Below, piece after piece: positions 46,561 through 59,673 of a stretch of 64,000 nucleotides of DNA. Made by a program: the position numbers and the translations under genes. Every line of letters begins with the position of its first letter. Position 1 is the first letter of the stretch. The notes under the pieces are model-generated. The model worked only from the letters and a program-made list of their open reading frames with translations, was not told the origin of the DNA and searched no databases. The DNA is from Candidatus Fermentithermobacillaceae bacterium (GTDB taxonomy: Bacteria > Bacillota > Sulfobacillia > Fermentithermobacillales > Fermentithermobacillaceae), in contig JAGPNE010000007.1 in assembly GCA_018052455.1 (NCBI GenBank), positions 654 through 64,653 on the forward strand, read 5' to 3'.

Positions 46561-48439
46561 AGATGTGAAAGAGACATCTCAGAACCTACCTCGCAAAGAC
46601 ATGAGGCGAATAAAGGGCGTCCTGGTGGCTGCTATGATCGTGTGTTTCGGCGTCTTATCTCTGCAGCTTTTCAATCTGCAAATTGTAAATGGTGAAAAAT
46701 ATAGGACCATGTCCCAGAACAACTACCTGCGAATTACTCCAATACCCGCACCACGTGGGGACATCATAGACTGTAACGGGAATGTCTTGGCTACTTCGCG
46801 GCCGACTTTCACAGTCTTTTACTGGTACTTGGACGAGGCAAAAGCTCAAGAGGCACTGCCTAGGCTGGCAGATATACTTGATATGGAACTAGAGCAAATA
46901 GAAACGAGAGTTGAGCAGTATGCGGGTAGGTATTACCAACCTATACCTATCGCTAAGGATATCACGTCTGAGACCTACACCCGGATCATCGAAGATGCCC
47001 CAAATCTGCCCGGAGTGTTTATCGAGCCTGAACCAATCAGATACTATCCCGAAGGTACGCTTCTTAGCACTACGCTTGGTTATGTGGGAGAGATCAGCCA
47101 ATCCCAATTAGCCGACGCGCGTTGGGATGGGTACAAAATGGGCGATATTCTGGGGCAAGAGGGCCTAGAGGCTTACTACGAGGATATTTTGAAAGGTAAA
47201 GACGGTGGATATCAAGTGGAGGTCGATTACCGAGGCAGACCTACGGGAAGCGACGTAGGCTCTGGAACCGAACCAGAGCCTGGTAAAACCATACAGATTG
47301 AAGTCGATATCGAGTTTCAGCGGGCAGTTGAAGAGGCGCTTTACGAAGTGCTTAAGAGTAGCAAAACTGCAAAAAGCGCTTCGGCCGTGGTATTGGATGT
47401 GAAAACCGGTGGAGTCCGGGCCATTGCTTCTGTACCTGGTTTCGATGCAAATGCGTTAATTTCGGGCATTTCCGCCAAAGAGTTGGACGAGAAAATATCG
47501 TCAGGGGAGTGGCGCTTTGCGAATTTGGCTGTAACTGGGCTTTATCCGCCTGGCTCGGCCTTTAAGGTTGTCACTGCCATAGCTGCCTTGGCCGAAGGGA
47601 AAACTACAGAGTCCGAGCTGTTTTTCGATCCAGGGTACCATCCCATGGTTACTACACTGGTATGCCATAAGCGAGGCGGACACGGATACGTGAACATAGT
47701 AGATGCCTTGGCAGTATCGTGCAATACTTACTTCTACGAAATGGGCAGGCGCTTGGGCGTAGATGCTATAGCGAAATACTCAAGAGCCATGGGACTTGGA
47801 GCAAAGACTGGGATTGACCTTTTTGGAGAGAATTATGGTACAGTACCTAGTACAGAGTGGAAAGAGAAAGCATATAGCGAAGGAAGGGTCGCCGAACCTC
47901 AGTTTCTCTTGTCTGAGCATATGATGGCCGGAATGGGACAAGTTTTCCACCTATATACCCCCATTCAGATGGCATCTGTGGTTCAGTGCATTGCAAATGA
48001 CGGTGTTAGGATGAAACCTAGGCTGGCTGCCAAGATCCTTGATTCAGATCACAACGTGATCGAAGAAGTTGAACCAGAGATTTCGAGTGTCTTAGACGTG
48101 ACGCCTGATGTGATTGACACGGTGAAGAAGGGTATGCTCAAAGTAACGTCAGATCCGAAAGGGACGGCTTACTGGGTTTTCTACAATGTTGCATTTCAAG
48201 TTGCAGGTAAAACCGGAACGGCCCAGAATCCTCTTGGTGAAGACCATGCCTGGTTTATAGGTTTTGCTCCGTATGAAGAGCCAGAAATTGCTTTGGCGGT
48301 AGTCGTAGATCAAGGAGGTTCTGGCTCAACAGTTGCAGGACCTATTGCTAGGAAGATTTTCGAGTCGTATATGACGCTCAAGTATCCACCGGAGGTCGAA
48401 GTACAAAGCGAACCGGACCAAGCTAGGGAGGAGCACTGA
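46544..48439 (+). CDS. mrdA: Penicillin-binding protein 2 (elongasome transpeptidase)
   Basis: PBP dimerisation domain plus transpeptidase motifs SAFK, SCN and KTGT. Confidence 0.85.
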   Translation: MNLGHKDVKETSQNLPRKDMRRIKGVLVAAMIVCFGVLSLQLFNLQIVNGEKYRTMSQNNYLRITPIPAPRGDIIDCNGNVLATSRPTFTVFYWYLDEAKAQEALPRLADILDMELEQIETRVEQYAGRYYQPIPIAKDITSETYTRIIEDAPNLPGVFIEPEPIRYYPEGTLLSTTLGYVGEISQSQLADARWDGYKMGDILGQEGLEAYYEDILKGKDGGYQVEVDYRGRPTGSDVGSGTEPEPGKTIQIEVDIEFQRAVEEALYEVLKSSKTAKSASAVVLDVKTGGVRAIASVPGFDANALISGISAKELDEKISSGEWRFANLAVTGLYPPGSAFKVVTAIAALAEGKTTESELFFDPGYHPMVTTLVCHKRGGHGYVNIVDALAVSCNTYFYEMGRRLGVDAIAKYSRAMGLGAKTGIDLFGENYGTVPSTEWKEKAYSEGRVAEPQFLLSEHMMAGMGQVFHLYTPIQMASVVQCIANDGVRMKPRLAAKILDSDHNVIEEVEPEISSVLDVTPDVIDTVKKGMLKVTSDPKGTAYWVFYNVAFQVAGKTGTAQNPLGEDHAWFIGFAPYEEPEIALAVVVDQGGSGSTVAGPIARKIFESYMTLKYPPEVEVQSEPDQAREEH

Positions 48440-48440
48440 G

Positions 48441-49178
48441 ATGGCCGACAAGCCAGACATAGTATTCAGAGGGACGAAAAATGGACTGCATCTTATCTTA
48501 AACGGGACCCAGGATTTCGATGTCTTGACAGAAAAACTCAAAGACCACTTAAACAAAGCGGACAAGTTCTTCGAAGGGGCCGATGTGACTCTAGATGCGG
48601 GAGACATGGAGCTGTCCATTGATCAAATCTTGGCGATTCAAGAGATACTGGCTTTTCCCTATGGGCTGCACCTGAAGAAAATCGTGTATGGCAAAGACGA
48701 CTCTTTGAGGGCTAATGGGCGATCTCGAGAAACTGCCGATAGGGCAGGCAAAGGGTTAAGAAGTGCTGGGCGAATCCAAGAACGCCGGACAAGAGATGTA
48801 GAGCTGACGTCGAAGGTCAGAGATGGCCAAGGCGCGTTTCTGCACAAAGGCACTCTCAGATCAGGACAGCGTATCTCATACGACGGAGATGTAGTAGTTG
48901 TTGGTGATGTTAATCCAGGTGCGGAAATACGGGCGAGAGGCGATATTGTTGTCTTGGGTACCTTAAGAGGCCTGGCTCATGCCGGTGCGGCAGGATCTTC
49001 AGACGCGGTCGTAGTAGCCTTTAACCTAGAACCGACGCAGATTAGAATAGGAAATGTTATAGGACGTCCGCCGGAAGGCGATGCAGGCTCGCGTAGAGTA
49101 CCAGAGGTAGCAAGGGTGAGAGATGGCGTGATTGTTATTGAGCCTCTAGATGAAAGCCGTTGGGAGGGAGATCGGTGA
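48441..49178 (+). CDS. minC: Septum site-determining protein MinC
   Basis: C-terminal beta-helix repeats (GDVNPGAEIRARGDIVVLGTLRG). AGGGAGGAG SD. Confidence 0.8.
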   Translation: MADKPDIVFRGTKNGLHLILNGTQDFDVLTEKLKDHLNKADKFFEGADVTLDAGDMELSIDQILAIQEILAFPYGLHLKKIVYGKDDSLRANGRSRETADRAGKGLRSAGRIQERRTRDVELTSKVRDGQGAFLHKGTLRSGQRISYDGDVVVVGDVNPGAEIRARGDIVVLGTLRGLAHAGAAGSSDAVVVAFNLEPTQIRIGNVIGRPPEGDAGSRRVPEVARVRDGVIVIEPLDESRWEGDR

Positions 49179-49972
49179 GCGAAGCGATAGTCATTACATC
49201 AGGAAAAGGAGGCGTGGGAAAAACTACAGCCTGCGCCAATTTGGGGGTAGCTTTGGCATCTCTAGGTTACAAAGTTGTACTAGTTGATGCAGATATTGGT
49301 CTTAGGAACCTAGACGTGGTCTTGGGTCTCGAAAACCGAATAGTATACGACCTTATAGACGTAGTTGAAGGGTCGTGCAGGTTGAGACAGGCTCTCATAA
49401 AGGACAAAAGGCTTGACGGGTTGTTCTTACTCCCTGCGGCTCAAACAAGGGACAAATCGGCGGTCAGCCCAGACCAAATGAAAGAACTCATGGATAAGCT
49501 CAGGGAAGATCATGACTATATTTTGGTTGACTGCCCAGCGGGCATAGAGCAGGGGTTCAGAAACGCTATTGCAGGGGCCGACAGGGCGTTGATCGTAACT
49601 ACGCCAGAAGTTGCCGCTGTTAGAGATGCTGATAGGATTATTGGTCTTTTGGAATCTTCGGATCTTTTGGACCCGGCCTTGATAGTAAACCGTATAAAGC
49701 CGAAAATGGTGGCCAAAGGCGACATGATGGATATATCAGACATAATGGACATCTTGGCAATAGACTTGATTGGCGTGGTACCTGACGACGAGTACATAGT
49801 AGTTTCGACAAATCGAGGGGAACCCGCGGCTCTTGCGCCTAATAACTCTAAGGCCGGCGAAGCTTTTAGGAACATTGCTCTCCGGATAAAAGGAGAAGAC
49901 GTCCCGTTTTTGGATCTGTCTGATACTGAAACGCTGTGGAACAAGATCCTGAATTTCTTCAAAGCAAAGTAA
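49175..49972 (+). CDS. minD: Septum site-determining ATPase MinD
   Basis: Deviant Walker A IVITSGKGGVGKTT. GTG 49175 after GGGAGGGAG. Confidence 0.9.
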   Translation: MSEAIVITSGKGGVGKTTACANLGVALASLGYKVVLVDADIGLRNLDVVLGLENRIVYDLIDVVEGSCRLRQALIKDKRLDGLFLLPAAQTRDKSAVSPDQMKELMDKLREDHDYILVDCPAGIEQGFRNAIAGADRALIVTTPEVAAVRDADRIIGLLESSDLLDPALIVNRIKPKMVAKGDMMDISDIMDILAIDLIGVVPDDEYIVVSTNRGEPAALAPNNSKAGEAFRNIALRIKGEDVPFLDLSDTETLWNKILNFFKAK

Positions 49973-49984
49973 GGGGGGATAGGC

Positions 49985-50263
49985 TTGTTTGGTTTCTTCA
50001 AGAAAAAGGAAAAATCCAAGGAAGTTGCACGAGATAGGCTCAAAGTAGTCTTGATGCAAGACAGGTTGGCCATTGCCCCCCAAACCATGGAGCAGATGCA
50101 AGACGCGGTCATTGTAGCGATATCTAAGTTTGTTGAGATCGATGAAAAAGGACTCGAGTTTGAATGGGAAGACACCGACAGGAACAAAGTCCTGGTGGCT
50201 AGCATACCTATTCGGTCCGTTAAAAGGGGTGCAGGAGAGACTCGTGGCGCTGCCAAGCGTTAG
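49985..50263 (+). CDS. minE: Cell division topological specificity factor MinE
   Basis: MFGFFKKKEKSKEVARDRLKVVLMQDR is a typical MinE N-terminus. TTG start. Confidence 0.8.
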   Translation: MFGFFKKKEKSKEVARDRLKVVLMQDRLAIAPQTMEQMQDAVIVAISKFVEIDEKGLEFEWEDTDRNKVLVASIPIRSVKRGAGETRGAAKR

Positions 50264-51383
50264 GATCGACAGAAAAGCGGTAAGACGCATAGACTTCTGG
50301 TTGTTAGGCGCAGTGCTTGTTTTGGAGATACTATCTCTGCCTCTCATAGATAGTGCTACCCATGGAGCAGACGGGCACTATTATCTCAAGCGGCAGGCAG
50401 TCATGATCGCCGTCTCGTTTTTAGCGTTAGTGGTAGGAGCCTTTGTTGACTACCATGACCTGGTGCGCCTGTCACCATGGATATTTGCGGCTAACGTGTT
50501 ACTGCTTTTGTCATTGCGTTTCATAGGTAAGACCGTAGGCGGCTCTACGCGTTGGATTCCTCTTGGGCTGTTTGATCTACAACCTTCGGAGCTGCAGAAG
50601 ATTGTAACAATCCTTTTTAGTGTGGCGCTGCTGTGTTCAAAAGACACCTATCCCGATTCTTTATGGGATATACTCCCTGTTTATGCGTGGATGGTCGTAC
50701 CTGTTGTCTTGATACTGTGGCAGCCGGACCTAGGTACAGCTATCACCACTATCGTCATTGGGACAGGAGTTGTCTATTTCTCAGGTACTCCCGGCAAGGT
50801 GATCCTGAGTATTGTGGCCTTAGGCATGGTAGCGGTGGTTTTAGTGTTTGGACTGTACTGGTATGCCGGGTTACCACTTCCAATTGAACAGCATTGGATT
50901 GACAGAATAGTATCTGCTTTCAATCCTGAAAAAGATCCTTTGGGTCTTGGCTATCAGGTATTGCAGTCTAAGATCGCTATAGGTTCCGGTGGCCTCTGGG
51001 GGAAAGGTCTCGGCCAGGGCACCCAAAACAGGTTGGACTTTATTCCTGAACAGCATACCGATTTCATCTTTTCTGTAGTCGGTGAGGAACTGGGGTTTGT
51101 TGGCACCCTATGTGTGCTTGGCTTGTATGCGCTTATAGTCTACCGTTGCCTTGTAGTGGCGATCGGTTCGCCTGACAAAGAAGGTATGCTAATTGCAGGT
51201 GGTGTCTTCACCATGTTCTTGTTTCAGGTCCTGGTAAATGTAGGTATGACAATGGGCATAATGCCTGTGACTGGGATTCCCCTTCCTTTTCTCAGCTATG
51301 GAGGAACCGCGTTGATCGTGAATGGTTTTTGTGTTGGCTTGGTCCTGAACGTGAGCTGGAAACGTCACAAGATTCTCTTCTAG
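50244..51383 (+). CDS. rodA: Peptidoglycan glycosyltransferase RodA (SEDS family)
   Basis: RIDFWLLGAVLVL.. N-terminus, ten TM segments, and the FIPEQHTDFIFSVVGEELG SEDS motif. GTG 50244 after GGAGAG; the ORF extends to 50130, overlapping minE. Confidence 0.85.
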   Translation: MALPSVRIDRKAVRRIDFWLLGAVLVLEILSLPLIDSATHGADGHYYLKRQAVMIAVSFLALVVGAFVDYHDLVRLSPWIFAANVLLLLSLRFIGKTVGGSTRWIPLGLFDLQPSELQKIVTILFSVALLCSKDTYPDSLWDILPVYAWMVVPVVLILWQPDLGTAITTIVIGTGVVYFSGTPGKVILSIVALGMVAVVLVFGLYWYAGLPLPIEQHWIDRIVSAFNPEKDPLGLGYQVLQSKIAIGSGGLWGKGLGQGTQNRLDFIPEQHTDFIFSVVGEELGFVGTLCVLGLYALIVYRCLVVAIGSPDKEGMLIAGGVFTMFLFQVLVNVGMTMGIMPVTGIPLPFLSYGGTALIVNGFCVGLVLNVSWKRHKILF

Positions 51384-51434
51384 GTGTTAGTTGGCAATAC
51401 GTATCGGGGTTTATACCAGGGTGAGGGATCTTTC

Positions 51435-51860
51435 GTGAAAGAGCTTGCTGTGGTCGTATCTCGAGAGGATACCTTAGTTACCGTTGAAGTCAAAAGAAAA
51501 GCTGCCTGTGAAAACTGCGGGCGCTGCGGAGGCAAGATTTCCTCTGGAGGAGATTCTCTTATTGTTGAAGCCAGGGCAGTCGGCGAGATGAAGCCTGGGG
51601 ATCTCGTTCAATTAGAACTCCCTAGTTCCGACTACGTCCGCCTATCTTTCTTGGTATATGGTCTTCCGCTTCTTTTTGCTGCGTTAGGGTATGGCATTGG
51701 GTGGTCGGTAGTCCGGTTCTTTGGCGGTCAACAGGTGTTTGAGTGGATCTTGACGCTTCTGGGCTTTGCCCTATCTTTTGTCTGGCTAAGGCGCTATGAC
51801 AGACTGTCTACTGAATCTAAGAAATACATGCCCATAGCGAGGCCTGTGGAAAGGTTTTAG
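51435..51860 (+). CDS. RseC/MucC-family protein (SoxR-reducing-system-like: CxxC + 2 TM)
   Basis: KRKAACENCGRCGG followed by two TM helices. GTG after GAGGGA; the ORF extends to 51384. Confidence 0.5.
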   Translation: MKELAVVVSREDTLVTVEVKRKAACENCGRCGGKISSGGDSLIVEARAVGEMKPGDLVQLELPSSDYVRLSFLVYGLPLLFAALGYGIGWSVVRFFGGQQVFEWILTLLGFALSFVWLRRYDRLSTESKKYMPIARPVERF

Positions 51861-51868
51861 ATTGGGGT

Positions 51869-53461
51869 CTAACGACTTGCCTCTTTTGGTACCAGTCTGG
51901 GGCTTCCTGCACTAACCTTAGGCATATATCCTTCCTCTGACAAGGCGGCTATGAGCGATTCATATGATTCCCTGTCTACTACCAAATAACAAGGGCCAAC
52001 CTTCTTTTTCAGATAGACCTTAATCTTGGGAGACATCATGAGTTCATCCGCAAGTTCGTCAGAATCGCATTTGAGCAAAATGACGTCTTCAAACTCGATG
52101 CGTCCGTAGGACGTTCCCCAATGAGATATTGAATACATGACGTTCTGAGGAAGAGGGGTCTTAGAATGCCTTGCGAGGAAATGCTGAATCATCTCTGGGG
52201 TGTACCCGTGCAACATTGCCTTGTATACCGAGTTTTTTGTAAGTTTGTATACCATCATCTGGTCTACTTTTGTGTTTTGAGCGAACGTGTCGATGGCCCA
52301 CAGAATTCTAGGTTCAATCGTGCACGGAACGAGTATTTCAAAGTTTGATTGCACATATATATAGGTATCAAAAACCTCTTCTGGCCACTTTTCCAAGCCA
52401 AAGAGCGCCCTTCCCAAAGGGGTAACACGTATGACGGTCTCTCCTCTGCTTTGAGCTACCTCAAGTCCCCCTAGGTACTCCATCATTTGAACAAGGTTTC
52501 TTTGTACGCGTAGGCTCAAGCCATGTGATGAGTGATTTGTAGATAGAGTATCCATTTCTTCGAGGAGTTTGTCGACAGAGACAACAGAGCCTTCGGGTGA
52601 GTTCATCATGATCCAGTGCATAGTCTGAAGATCTGAGTCTTGGGCCACGAAAGTCTGCAGCCAGTATTCGTAAAGATCGGTTCGCCACTCTGAATAGGGC
52701 GTTTGAATCCACGTGCTTGCCTGAGAGCCTAGCCTAAGGACCTCGTTTCTTTCTTCGCACAGGCTTTTTGACTTAGCGAAATACATAAGGAATGCAAGCC
52801 TGGGCGGGTATCTCACCGGGAAAAATGATTGCTCTATATCAGAATCAGCTTCTTCTATCAAGACCGAAAGATCGCTTTGGGCTTTTTTGAATATGGTACC
52901 TGCTTGCGTCAGCCGTACTTCGTTTTTGCGCAGGTAAGAGAGAAATAGGCACAAATGCCTCAAGGGCGCCGCATGGTCTACTATGTGACGGGGATAGAAG
53001 CGGGCTGGATCAGAGCCAATTTCGTCAAAAATCCTGGTGAGGAAGAAATCTGCCAATATGACTCTCAAGTCTTCGGGCACAAAATACACTTGGCGATAGT
53101 CCTCACGCTTGGAAAAAACAAGACCTCTGTTTATGAGAGCCTCAATCACTTTGAATCCGTTTCGTCGCCACTTGCGCGAAAGCTGATTGAGCTTTTGGTG
53201 GCACTGTTCCACAACGACTCCGTTACCGCCGCCGGAGAGGGTTATGAGTCTCAATGCAATCATTTCTTCGTCGTCTAGCCCATTCATCGCCACCAGCACG
53301 TTTGCAGGTACAAGAAGATGCTCAGACACCAAAGACGCGAGACTACACGAGAATTCGGCTTTGTTGCATCCCGAGTTGCCAGGTAAGGGGATACCGTAGA
53401 AACTTGATATGGAGACAAGTCTCTCAACAGGAATATTCAAAAGCGCTTCTTTTAGGTTCAT
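51869..53461 (-). CDS. XPB-associated conserved protein (helicase-associated domain protein), co-transcribed downstream of the XPB-type helicase
   Basis: 530 aa. Its start (ATGA) overlaps the stop of the upstream helicase gene. No catalytic motif recognised. Confidence 0.55.
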   Translation of the reverse strand: MNLKEALLNIPVERLVSISSFYGIPLPGNSGCNKAEFSCSLASLVSEHLLVPANVLVAMNGLDDEEMIALRLITLSGGGNGVVVEQCHQKLNQLSRKWRRNGFKVIEALINRGLVFSKREDYRQVYFVPEDLRVILADFFLTRIFDEIGSDPARFYPRHIVDHAAPLRHLCLFLSYLRKNEVRLTQAGTIFKKAQSDLSVLIEEADSDIEQSFFPVRYPPRLAFLMYFAKSKSLCEERNEVLRLGSQASTWIQTPYSEWRTDLYEYWLQTFVAQDSDLQTMHWIMMNSPEGSVVSVDKLLEEMDTLSTNHSSHGLSLRVQRNLVQMMEYLGGLEVAQSRGETVIRVTPLGRALFGLEKWPEEVFDTYIYVQSNFEILVPCTIEPRILWAIDTFAQNTKVDQMMVYKLTKNSVYKAMLHGYTPEMIQHFLARHSKTPLPQNVMYSISHWGTSYGRIEFEDVILLKCDSDELADELMMSPKIKVYLKKKVGPCYLVVDRESYESLIAALSEEGYMPKVSAGSPRLVPKEASR

Positions 53462-55167
53462 GGCAATTTCCCTTTCTTTAGTTCTGATACAAATCTGTCT
53501 TGCTCCCAGATTGTGTATTTATATCCCTGTTCGGTAAGAAAAAGCTGCCGCTTTTGTGAAAAATCCTGGTCCTTGGTATTCCTTGTTACCAACGAGTAGA
53601 ACAAAGCACTTTCCCCTTGCGGTTTCGGCCTAAGGATCCGCCCTAGGCGTTGAGCTTCCTCTTGCCTTGAACCAAAGGTACCTGACACCTGTATTGCGAC
53701 GCTTGCATCGGGTAAGTCAACAGCGAAATTTGCTACCTTTGACACTACCAGTACTTTGATCTCTCCTGATTTGAACTTCGAGTACAGTTCTTCTCTTACG
53801 CTATTAGGAGTCTGCCCATATATCATAGGGGCCTTCAAGATCCCTGCTATGGTTTCTAGCTGGTCTATATACTGTCCCAAAATCAGAATCTGGTCATCTT
53901 TGTGATGCTCAACTATTTGTTTCACCAATTCGTATTTGGCAGGATTTGTAGCGGCGATCCTGTATCTATCCCTTTCACTGGCAGTATGGTAGTCCAGTCT
54001 ATTTTCTTGGTCAAGATCTACCCTCACTTCGTAGCACTTTGCGGCTGCGATCCAATTCTGTGCCTCTAGCTCCTTCCAGGGCTTATCGAATCTCTTCGGG
54101 CCTATGAGGCTGAAGACGTCATCTTCGCGACCGTCTTCCCTAACTAGCGTGGCCGTTAAGCCTAGTCTTCTTCTGGCTTGAAGATCAGCAGTGATTCTAA
54201 ACACAGGTGCTGGGAGAAGATGGACTTCATCATAGATGATAAGACCCCAGTTTTTCTCGTTGAACAATCGAAAGTGAGGAAATTCTTCTTCGGCAGTACC
54301 CCGCTTCTTGTATGTGAGTATCTGGTAAGTTGTTACGGTAACCGGGCCCACTTCTTTCTTCTCGCCGCTGTATTCTTTTACCATATCTTCCGTCAGTTCC
54401 GATTTGTCTAGGATTTCATTTATCCACTGTCTTAGTGCAACCACATTAGTTGTAAGGATCAATGTTTGGGCCGCAACCTTTTCCATGACTCCAAGACCTA
54501 CGATCGTTTTTCCAGCTCCACATGGAAGAACAACTACTCCGCTTCCTCCTCTTACGCTTCCGCCAGCCCAAAAGGCATCTCTCGCTGCTTCTTGATAGGG
54601 CCTTAATGCGAAAGGTGCACCGGTTAAGGTCTTGTTTCTAAGTGGTACATCGAGAGGGTCACCTTCAACGTAACCTGCGAGGTCTTCGCAGGGATAGCCC
54701 ATCTTTACAAGTATTTGCTTAACCAGTCCCCGGGAGTACGGTCTTATTACAACAGAGTCCTTTCCTTTTACTTCTTGAATGTGAGGCGCTAACCTGTCTG
54801 AGCGACGGATTTCTTCCATAATAAACTCGTCGGCCGATTTCAATACAAAAGCATCGCCTTCTTGAGTTAGCTTCAGTATACCGAACTTCGCCATGGTATC
54901 CCGGATGTATACTTCAATGTTATCGGGTACAGGGTACCGAGAGTAGCGGCGAAGTCCCTCGATTACCTCCTCAGGAGTAAACCCGCATGACGCGGCGTTC
55001 CACAAAGACAGAACCGACAGCCGATATGTGTGGACATATTCAGGGCTCTTGACAAGGTCCGAAAACCGCATAATGGTGTCCCGGGCGTTTTCGTACTCTG
55101 CATTGTCTACTTCTAGTAGAATGCTGCCATCGCTTTGCACTATGGCCGGACGGTCTTTTCCCAACAA
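53458..55167 (-). CDS. XPB/Ssl2 (ERCC3/RAD25)-type SF2 DNA helicase
   Basis: N-terminal damage-recognition-like domain. Motif I LPCGAGKT, motif II DEVH, and SAT/QxxGR C-terminal motifs. Confidence 0.8.
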   Translation of the reverse strand: MLGKDRPAIVQSDGSILLEVDNAEYENARDTIMRFSDLVKSPEYVHTYRLSVLSLWNAASCGFTPEEVIEGLRRYSRYPVPDNIEVYIRDTMAKFGILKLTQEGDAFVLKSADEFIMEEIRRSDRLAPHIQEVKGKDSVVIRPYSRGLVKQILVKMGYPCEDLAGYVEGDPLDVPLRNKTLTGAPFALRPYQEAARDAFWAGGSVRGGSGVVVLPCGAGKTIVGLGVMEKVAAQTLILTTNVVALRQWINEILDKSELTEDMVKEYSGEKKEVGPVTVTTYQILTYKKRGTAEEEFPHFRLFNEKNWGLIIYDEVHLLPAPVFRITADLQARRRLGLTATLVREDGREDDVFSLIGPKRFDKPWKELEAQNWIAAAKCYEVRVDLDQENRLDYHTASERDRYRIAATNPAKYELVKQIVEHHKDDQILILGQYIDQLETIAGILKAPMIYGQTPNSVREELYSKFKSGEIKVLVVSKVANFAVDLPDASVAIQVSGTFGSRQEEAQRLGRILRPKPQGESALFYSLVTRNTKDQDFSQKRQLFLTEQGYKYTIWEQDRFVSELKKGKLP

Positions 55168-55272
55168 TACTCCTCCTGAAATCTATCTGTATTTCTATTA
55201 CTATATAGTCAGTAATCCTTCATTATATTCTACCTTGCATAATGAGTTTCCTTCAAGGGGTTCATGAGAGTT

Positions 55273-55302
55273 TTGGCTACTTAAGGGAGGATACTGTATA
55301 AT
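55273..55302 (+). promoter_or_regulatory. Putative sigma-A promoter for pcrA (-35 TTGGCT, 18 nt spacer, -10 TATAAT)
   Basis: TATAAT at 55297-55302 with an upstream TG, and TTGGCT at 55273-55278. It lies so close to the TTG ORF start that the true pcrA start is probably downstream (for example GTG 55358). Confidence 0.35.
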
Positions 55303-55306
55303 TTAC

Positions 55307-59357
<4,051 letters not shown>

Positions 59358-59365
59358 AAAGGAAA

Positions 59366-59653
59366 ATGGAGTTTGATATGAAGCAGATTACACATGATTC
59401 GGGCATATTCTTGCCGGAAGAGTACAAACAGGATTTGGCTAATGACCTGGCTTTACTGTTCGAGCATATGAAACACTTGTTAAAGGCAGATTTGGAAGGT
59501 TATGAGCCCACGTTTAGCATGGTAGAAGCACGGCATCTTAGATTGTTTGATGACGTTGTGGAGCAGACTCTGAGTTCAGAAGTTTTCTTGGAGACTGCTC
59601 CTTCAGTTTTGGAAAGATATTTTAAGGTTCCTAGAGAGTCCCAGGGTTCCTAA
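59366..59653 (+). CDS. gatC: Asp-tRNA(Asn)/Glu-tRNA(Gln) amidotransferase subunit C
   Basis: 95 aa, immediately upstream of gatA-gatB. Acidic helical protein (..PTFSMVEAR..). Confidence 0.75.
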   Translation: MEFDMKQITHDSGIFLPEEYKQDLANDLALLFEHMKHLLKADLEGYEPTFSMVEARHLRLFDDVVEQTLSSEVFLETAPSVLERYFKVPRESQGS

Positions 59654-59673
59654 CAAGGAAGGTGGCTTGGAGT

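Noticed and set aside
49516-50347. Long minus-strand ORFs (246 and 203 aa) across minD, minE and rodA
   Set aside because: The plus-strand genes have unambiguous MinD, MinE and RodA motifs and operon logic. The minus ORFs are Ser/Ala-rich shadow frames.
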